From positions 160,001 to 224,000 of the forward strand of contig CBDCKN010000012.1 of NCBI GenBank assembly GCA_965218295.1: a DNA stretch of 64,000 nt, read 5' to 3'. The first letter of the stretch is position 1. Each line of letters opens with the position of its first letter. Under the pieces are notes generated by a model, which was given only the letters and a program-made list of their open reading frames with translations, was not told the DNA's origin and made no database searches. The position numbers and the translations under genes are program-made. Positions 58,589-64,000 of this stretch are shown here, piece after piece. This stretch comes from Longimicrobiales bacterium. Its GTDB lineage: Bacteria; Gemmatimonadota; Gemmatimonadetes; Longimicrobiales; Gaopeijiaceae.

Positions 58589-59229
58589 CCCAGCGGAGTT
58601 GACGCGACGTAGTCGGCGAACTGCTCCAGATCGCCCGCAGACATCGGAGCATCCGACACGTAATGGCTGTTCCACATTCCGGCCCGACGTATCACATCCG
58701 AATACGCGTAATACCCCAGCCATTCGCGGGAGGGCTGGCAGAGGGGGCAGGACGAGAGGGTCGCAATCAATGTCTTCTCAAACCGGTTGCGCTCCTCCCG
58801 CAGGGGAATGGAGACGCATCGGAACCGGAATCGCGTGCTCAGCAGACGAGACACGCTTTGCTCGACGGGCTTACAACGATGACAAGTTTTCTCGTCCTGT
58901 TGTTCCCAGTGGCCTTTTCCGGGTGCTGGTGCAAGGCAGGGATGACTCGGGTCCTCGGACCGCATCGACGCACCGCCGAGGAACTTGCGAAACACGCTAC
59001 CGTTCTTGTGGCCCTTGTAATGCTGCCGCAGCCGGCGAACTAAGGTCCCATCGGAGCGGGGATGGTTGCCGACCCGCACGATTCGACCAGCCGGAGCGTG
59101 TTGAGCCGACTCACCGTCCTCGTAGAAGAAGTACAAGCCATCCGTGATCGTAACCTCAGCGGGCTCCTCGAATGCGGGCAACGAGCCTATCAGCGCGTGT
59201 ATCGTCCGACAGCCTGCTTCTGGAGACAT
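58585..59229 (-). CDS. GIY-YIG-like nuclease
   Basis: GLYFFY...IVRVG...LVRRLRQH...SVFRK...EKTLI...WN pattern. Confidence 0.65.
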   Translation of the reverse strand: MSPEAGCRTIHALIGSLPAFEEPAEVTITDGLYFFYEDGESAQHAPAGRIVRVGNHPRSDGTLVRRLRQHYKGHKNGSVFRKFLGGASMRSEDPSHPCLAPAPGKGHWEQQDEKTCHRCKPVEQSVSRLLSTRFRFRCVSIPLREERNRFEKTLIATLSSCPLCQPSREWLGYYAYSDVIRRAGMWNSHYVSDAPMSAGDLEQFADYVASTPLG

Positions 59230-59334
59230 ATTCCACCCACCACTTCGCCGCAGTCGCTTCAGGGCGTCTTTACGAATCTCCACGACCTCTAGGGATCTGG
59301 CAAGTCGCACTCTCTTGTCCGTACCCGCGTCCTC

Positions 59335-59722
59335 TCGGACGTGACCAAGCGGACCATGCAGGGCCACGTCCGGGACAACGTCGAGGAAGGGGCGAGGCTG
59401 TTCACCGACCGGCATTGGGGCTACTACGGGCTAAAATCCGAGTATATGCACGAGGTCATCGACCACGTTCACGAGTACGTTAGGGGCCGCGTCCATACGA
59501 ACGGAATCGAGAACTTCTGGTCCCTGCTCAAAGCGGACGATCGGCGGGACGTACGTGTCCATCGAGCCGTTCCACGTCACCCGCTATCTCGATGAGCAGG
59601 CATTCAGGTTCAACATGCGTGAGGATACCGATTCCGGTCGGTTCCTTACAGCCCTCAAGGGGATCATCGACAGGCGAATCAGGTATTCCGAGTTGACCGG
59701 ACAGGAGATGTGCGTTTCATGA
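59335..59722 (+). pseudogene. IS1595-family transposase, C-terminal fragment with a frameshift
   Basis: LFTD, EYVRGRVHTNGIENFWSLLK; after a 1-nt shift near 59530 continues RTIGGTYVSIEPFHVTRYLDEQAFRFN...RIRYSELT. Confidence 0.85.
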
Positions 59723-59898
59723 GCGAACCGAAGCGGCCCATCCACACCTCGAGCGTGGACCGAAGTCCCGAGCGGATCAGAGATCCAAGCGCGGGCCTGA
59801 ACCGCATGAAGAGGGCATTGAAGCAGATTTTGAAAGTACCGAAGTCTGCTGCGATGAACGAACGGGAAGACGAGGACGTGAAGGGGCGGACACGATAA
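59719..59898 (+). CDS. Small basic protein following IS1595 transposase
   Basis: ATGA overlap with tnp stop; ALKQILKVPK. Confidence 0.45.
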   Translation: MSEPKRPIHTSSVDRSPERIRDPSAGLNRMKRALKQILKVPKSAAMNEREDEDVKGRTR

Positions 59899-60012
59899 TG
59901 CCCGAAGACAACACCATCGAATTCTCCGTAGAGGGACATGCCCGCCATAACGGGCATGTCACCCTCGGGGGCTTCCTATACCAGCTTCGGAATCTTTATG
60001 AAGCCCTGAACC

Positions 60013-60711
60013 TCACTGATCGCCCCCTTTGGGTTGAGTTCTCCGGCTGGCCAGCTCCGTGTCAGGACGCTGCTCGCGAGTCCATTCCGCATGAGCCAGC
60101 TCCTCGGCCTCGAGCTCCTCGGCCGTCATCCCGCGCCACGCATCCACGATGTCGAAGAGCGCGCCCAGTTGACTCAGGCTCAGTTGCTCGAGCGCCTCGC
60201 ATCCCTCCACCTCCGCCCACGGCATGCCCTCCACCCACGCCCCAGGGTCTAGGCACCCTCTCCGCACGGCCTCATTTGCCAGCCAGGCCTCGGTAACGCG
60301 GTAGCGGCCCGTCTCGCCCCCAGAGATCCCGAATCGGGAAGCGCCCCGCTCTCCACACGCCTCGCGCATTTGCTCCCGTGCGGCCTCATAGACCACGTGA
60401 TCGGGCAGTGTAGTCGGGCGGGGCTCCCTTTTCGGGACGAGGGTAATGCTCACGAACTCGACTGTTCGTTCGATCACGTAAGACGAGGGGATCAGCCCGA
60501 CCGGCTGCGAGGCGGGCGGGCGGTAACGATCGCGCACGAGTAATTCGGCTCGCCCGACTATCTTTTCCTCGACCGGCACTCGCCGCTCCCAGGGCCACTG
60601 CCAACCCGCCCACATTGGCAATAGCACGCCCATCGGCTCCCCAGGATTCTTGCCGACACGGAATTCAACCCGCCAGTGGGGTCGCTTCTTGGTGGCTCGT
60701 AAAAGCCTCAT
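60013..60711 (-). CDS. Hypothetical protein (232 aa)
   Basis: GGAGG RBS upstream of ATG; no recognised motifs. Confidence 0.5.
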   Translation of the reverse strand: MRLLRATKKRPHWRVEFRVGKNPGEPMGVLLPMWAGWQWPWERRVPVEEKIVGRAELLVRDRYRPPASQPVGLIPSSYVIERTVEFVSITLVPKREPRPTTLPDHVVYEAAREQMREACGERGASRFGISGGETGRYRVTEAWLANEAVRRGCLDPGAWVEGMPWAEVEGCEALEQLSLSQLGALFDIVDAWRGMTAEELEAEELAHAEWTREQRPDTELASRRTQPKGGDQ

Positions 60712-61010
60712 GGATGAACCTCCAACCGTTCAGTCGGACTCGGCGTATGTCTCAGCATGTCATCATCCTTCATGATACCAGCTGAGGGGCACCCGATCGC
60801 GCGTCCGCTCCTTGAGCGCCTCAGTGTGGGCATACTTTGCAGGCGGCCCGTGATGCCGTCCGCCACGGCTCGAACGAATTAGACCCTAGCCCAGCACGGT
60901 CTCTACATACTCCGCGCGCATCCAGGGCGCCGAGGCCACCGTCAACTCATCGATTATGGAGAGTCGAGCCCTGCGCCGCCAGAGCGCTCCTGTCGCTTTC
61001 AACGCCGAGT

Positions 61011-61354
61011 GCGCCCCGCTCGAGCAAGCGTTGGCGCTTGCGGCCGCAGGCCCGGTAGATGGCCGTGTCGTGCGCGAGCTGGGCGTGTTGGAGGAGGCGA
61101 GCGGCGGACCTGATGTGCTGTCCGGGGTCCAGGCCGTGCCCGGCGTCCAGGTCGCGGATGGCGGCCGCTCCTTGCGCGTGAGCGTCAGCACCTTGAACGG
61201 CCTTCCCTTTGGTCCCTTGGCCGTGGACTCCTTGGCGAGCCCCTCGCGGGTCCAGGCGTTCACGGCCCGCCGGGTGGTGTAGGGATGGCCGCCGAAGCGG
61301 GTCTCGGCCAAGTCCCGGAACGAGACATACCGTTAGATGCCCACGTCGGCGAGC
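61011..61354 (-). pseudogene. Partial frameshifted duplicate of the relaxase-like gene (37347-37692)
   Basis: Near-identical DNA encoding FGGHPYTTRRAVNAWTREGLAKESTAKGPKGRPFKVLTLTRK, with a 1-bp deletion. Confidence 0.85.
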
Positions 61355-61576
61355 GACCGCTCTGAGCGGTCGCGGAAGGAGATCCCACCTGGGGCTGGAG
61401 CCAGACTCGCCAGACCGAGAGGCCCAGGCTGCCTGCGAGCACCACGGCGATGCCCGCCTAGATCCTAGACGCCGTCTGCGTCAGAAGCTCGACGGCCTTC
61501 CCGCAGGGATCGATGGTCGGGAGCGACCCCCCGGAGGAGGGTGGCATGGTGTGCACATGCCAGCCCTCCCCGATGC

Positions 61577-61660
61577 CGATCGAGGCATCCCGAAAGGGGG
61601 GGTCGCTCCCTTCTACGGCCGCATGCCCCGGAGCGGCGTCGCCGCTCCGGCGGCCGTGCC
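61577..61660. repeat. Dispersed ~85-bp structured repeat, copy 2
   Basis: Near-identical to 23139-23222 and in the same orientation. Confidence 0.8.
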
Positions 61661-62083
61661 CCAACGGCAAGACAGCCAGCGACATACGGAAGCGCTGGCG
61701 CGCACATGGGAATGACGTTTCGGTGCACATGCACCCCGATGTCTGATGTGCACTCGCCGATCGGCACCCACCCTCGCCGATCGGCGTTCAAGATCCGCCT
61801 CCAGGGAGCCGTCTCGTGCGCCGTGTCGTTGAGGCCGTCGATCATCGTTCCGGCGCTCGAGAATCGGTGGAGGTCCTTCAACTCGACGATCCGCTTGAGG
61901 CAGGCCTGTCGGTCGCCATACTCCCCGAGCACCCGGGTGACCCGCCTGACGGATGGCCCGCCCGGTCCGGGCGGTCTCGCGGCGGGCCGCTTGGTTGGAT
62001 GAGTTGGATGAGCCGGACGGGTCGGATGCTCGGGCTCTAGCGCCCACTAGAGGGTGCCGACCCAGGATCGGGGCGGGGTGTGG

Positions 62084-62806
62084 TCAGTCGAAGACGTGGA
62101 CCCCTAGAGAGAAGAACACAACGCCGCCCGCCGCGTACCTGTAGTCGAGCCGCGCCCCCTCATCGACGACTATCCAGTCGGTGAGAGAGCGCGAGTAGCG
62201 GACCCGGAAGTCCAGCGGCCACTTCAGGTGCAACGTCGAACCGGCGCCGATCGCCCACGGCCATCTTGCGAGGCGCTCGCGGTCTTCACCGGCCGTTCCG
62301 GTCTCGGGATTCGTCGCTCCGGAAGCGAACTCGGTCCACATTCGACGGATTCCACCGAAGACGTAGACCTGCGAGCGGCCGTCCCCTAGCCCGTGCCCGA
62401 AGAGGATGTTGCCACCCGCCCCGTACAGGTCGCTGAAGTCCCACTGGCCGGGCCAGACATCGTGAACGTTCCCGTTCGGGGTCGGAGAAATCGTGCCCTC
62501 AAGCTTGCGTCGGCTGGAGACGGCACTCTCGACCTCGCCGCCCACGAGCCAACTCCCCGGAAGCTCCAAGAGTAGCCCGACCGAGAGGTTGCCGGCAAGG
62601 GCGAGGCCCGAAGAGGACGATGTGCTTGAACTCGATCCCCCCTGGATGGTTACTTCCTTGGTGTGTTCGACCGTAATCCGGCCTACCTCGGGAGCCAGGC
62701 GCACAAAGAAGACGGACTGCGCGTGGGCTTCGCCTGCCCCAATGCACAGGCTGGCAACCGCCAGCAAGCCAATCAACGCCCCTAGTCCACGCTCGTGAGT
62801 TTCCAA
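62084..62806 (-). CDS. Outer-membrane beta-barrel-like exported protein
   Basis: Signal peptide ending AHA; alternating amphipathic strands; aromatic C-terminus. Confidence 0.6.
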   Translation of the reverse strand: METHERGLGALIGLLAVASLCIGAGEAHAQSVFFVRLAPEVGRITVEHTKEVTIQGGSSSSTSSSSGLALAGNLSVGLLLELPGSWLVGGEVESAVSSRRKLEGTISPTPNGNVHDVWPGQWDFSDLYGAGGNILFGHGLGDGRSQVYVFGGIRRMWTEFASGATNPETGTAGEDRERLARWPWAIGAGSTLHLKWPLDFRVRYSRSLTDWIVVDEGARLDYRYAAGGVVFFSLGVHVFD

Positions 62807-63199
62807 GATGCTTCGACTCTATTTCCAGTGAACCATGATTGATCGAGAAACCGAGTGGCCATCCTAACGTACTGTTGGTGCCAGGAGCCATTGGGAAGAC
62901 AATCCTCAGTTCGATGAACCTGTCCGTCAAGCTGGATTCCTGCCGTTTCGAGTTCACCCAGCGCTCGATGCTGACATCTAGGGTCGACTTGAGCTGCCGG
63001 GCCTCTCGCCGCATACCACAGATTTCCCATGCTCCTTCTAGCAGTTTCCTGTGTTAGCCGTGTCCCCACTGAGGACTCCGTCGCGTGGATCCTCCCCCGG
63101 GACCGTCTCTGGCGAATCACCAGTTCGCCGGCCCTCCAGCCAGTGTGGAAGCGCTACCGCCGAGGACCGGGCGCAGCGCCGACCGTGGGCGGCCCGGCT

Positions 63200-64000
63200 T
63201 CAGCTACTGGGAACGTCGATCGGGTGTTCCCGATCCCTGGGATGTTGGGAAGTCCCGGGCCGTGGGTCCCGGGCTCCATTCGCTTCCCCGGCCCTGAGCC
63301 GGTCCAGATAGTCGGCCCAGGCCTGCATCATCACGCGGCGCTCGGGCAGGAACGCCGTCCGGTTGTAGGCCCGGCCGTTGGGGTCCCTGACCCGGTGGGC
63401 CAGCTGGTGCTCGATGAAGTCGGGCCGGAAGCCCAGCACCTCGTCCAAGATGGTGCGCGCCATCGCCCGGAAGCCATGCGGCGTCATCCGGTCCGGAGGG
63501 ATGTCCAAGGCCCGGAACGCCCCCCAAAAGGTGGTGTTGCTCATCGTCCGGTCGCGTTGCCGATAGCGCGCATTCGGGAACACGTAGCGGTGGTGCCCCG
63601 TCACGGGATGCAACTCGCGAAGGATCTCGACCGCCTGACGCGCCAGTGGGACCACATGCGGCGTGTCGGTCTTGGTCGCCGTGTAGCGCCACTCGGCTCC
63701 CTCGAGGTCGATGTCGGCCCATTCGGCCTTGCGCAACTCGCCGGGCCGCACGAAGAGCAGCGGCACCAGACGCAGCGCGCACCGCACCGGCAGCGTGCCC
63801 GGGTAGCCGTCCAGGAGCCGGAGAAGCGGGCCGACCTCCTTCGGGTCGGTGATCGCCGGGAAGTGCTTCCGCTTCACCGGAGGGAAGGCTCCGCGCAGGT
63901 CCCCCGACACGTCCCGCTCCGCTCGGCCCGTTGCCACCGCATAGCGCAGCACCCGCCCACAGACCTGAAGCGTGCGATGCGCCGTGTCCAGGGTGCCGCG
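63200..64000 (-). CDS. Tyrosine recombinase, P4/IntA-type integrase (5' end outside window)
   Basis: FVRPGELR, K, HGFRAMART, IEHQLAH, AYNR, RRVMMQAWADYLD catalytic motifs. Confidence 0.93.
   Translation of the reverse strand, partial: RGTLDTAHRTLQVCGRVLRYAVATGRAERDVSGDLRGAFPPVKRKHFPAITDPKEVGPLLRLLDGYPGTLPVRCALRLVPLLFVRPGELRKAEWADIDLEGAEWRYTATKTDTPHVVPLARQAVEILRELHPVTGHHRYVFPNARYRQRDRTMSNTTFWGAFRALDIPPDRMTPHGFRAMARTILDEVLGFRPDFIEHQLAHRVRDPNGRAYNRTAFLPERRVMMQAWADYLDRLRAGEANGARDPRPGTSQHPRDREHPIDVPSS

Noticed and set aside
62860..63040. Fragment LDVSIERWVNSKRQESSLTDRFIELRI, possibly a HEPN/ApeA-like relic
   Set aside because: Too short and broken to assign confidently.

Overview
High-GC bacterial window. 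The gene content (VPS10-like hydrolase, Vgb-like lyase, giant FN3/Calx-beta adhesin) is reminiscent of Gemmatimonadota or sponge-associated lineages; that taxonomy is inference only. Positions 1-14.6 kb are mostly ordinary chromosome: VPS10/BNR hydrolase C-terminus, gltB with no adjacent gltD, DUF1232, Vgb-like protein, DUF2461, amidohydrolase, M14 peptidase, a frameshifted outer-membrane protein and a LolA-like sorting protein. From about 14.6 kb to the end is a mosaic, decaying genomic island. It holds a truncated IS256, a tandem pair of a 3.3-kb IS66-like element carrying a DUF4338/DruA-like passenger, IS1595 and IS3 remnants, AlpA, a 3320-aa adhesin behind a 42-copy heptamer repeat, a partial conjugation module (relaxase-like, ArdC, VirB11-like, truncated VirD4-like) and a P4-type tyrosine integrase at the right edge. 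Within it lies a roughly 18-kb defence cluster. The main finding is a tight three-gene operon: ZorA-like (MotA TMs plus long helical tail), ZorB-like (TM Asp plus OmpA/MotB domain, split by an IS3 element but reconstructable in frame) and a 1548-aa SF1 (DNA2/NAM7-type) helicase fused to a Vsr/MTES_1575-like nuclease. This Zorya-like motor has an effector that matches none of the Zorya types I-III as I know them. The cluster also has a MazEF-like TA pair, McrBC, a HEPN-LprI fusion and a GIY-YIG plus YaaA/DUF6884-like pair. All family calls are from motif recognition by eye; no database searches were run.
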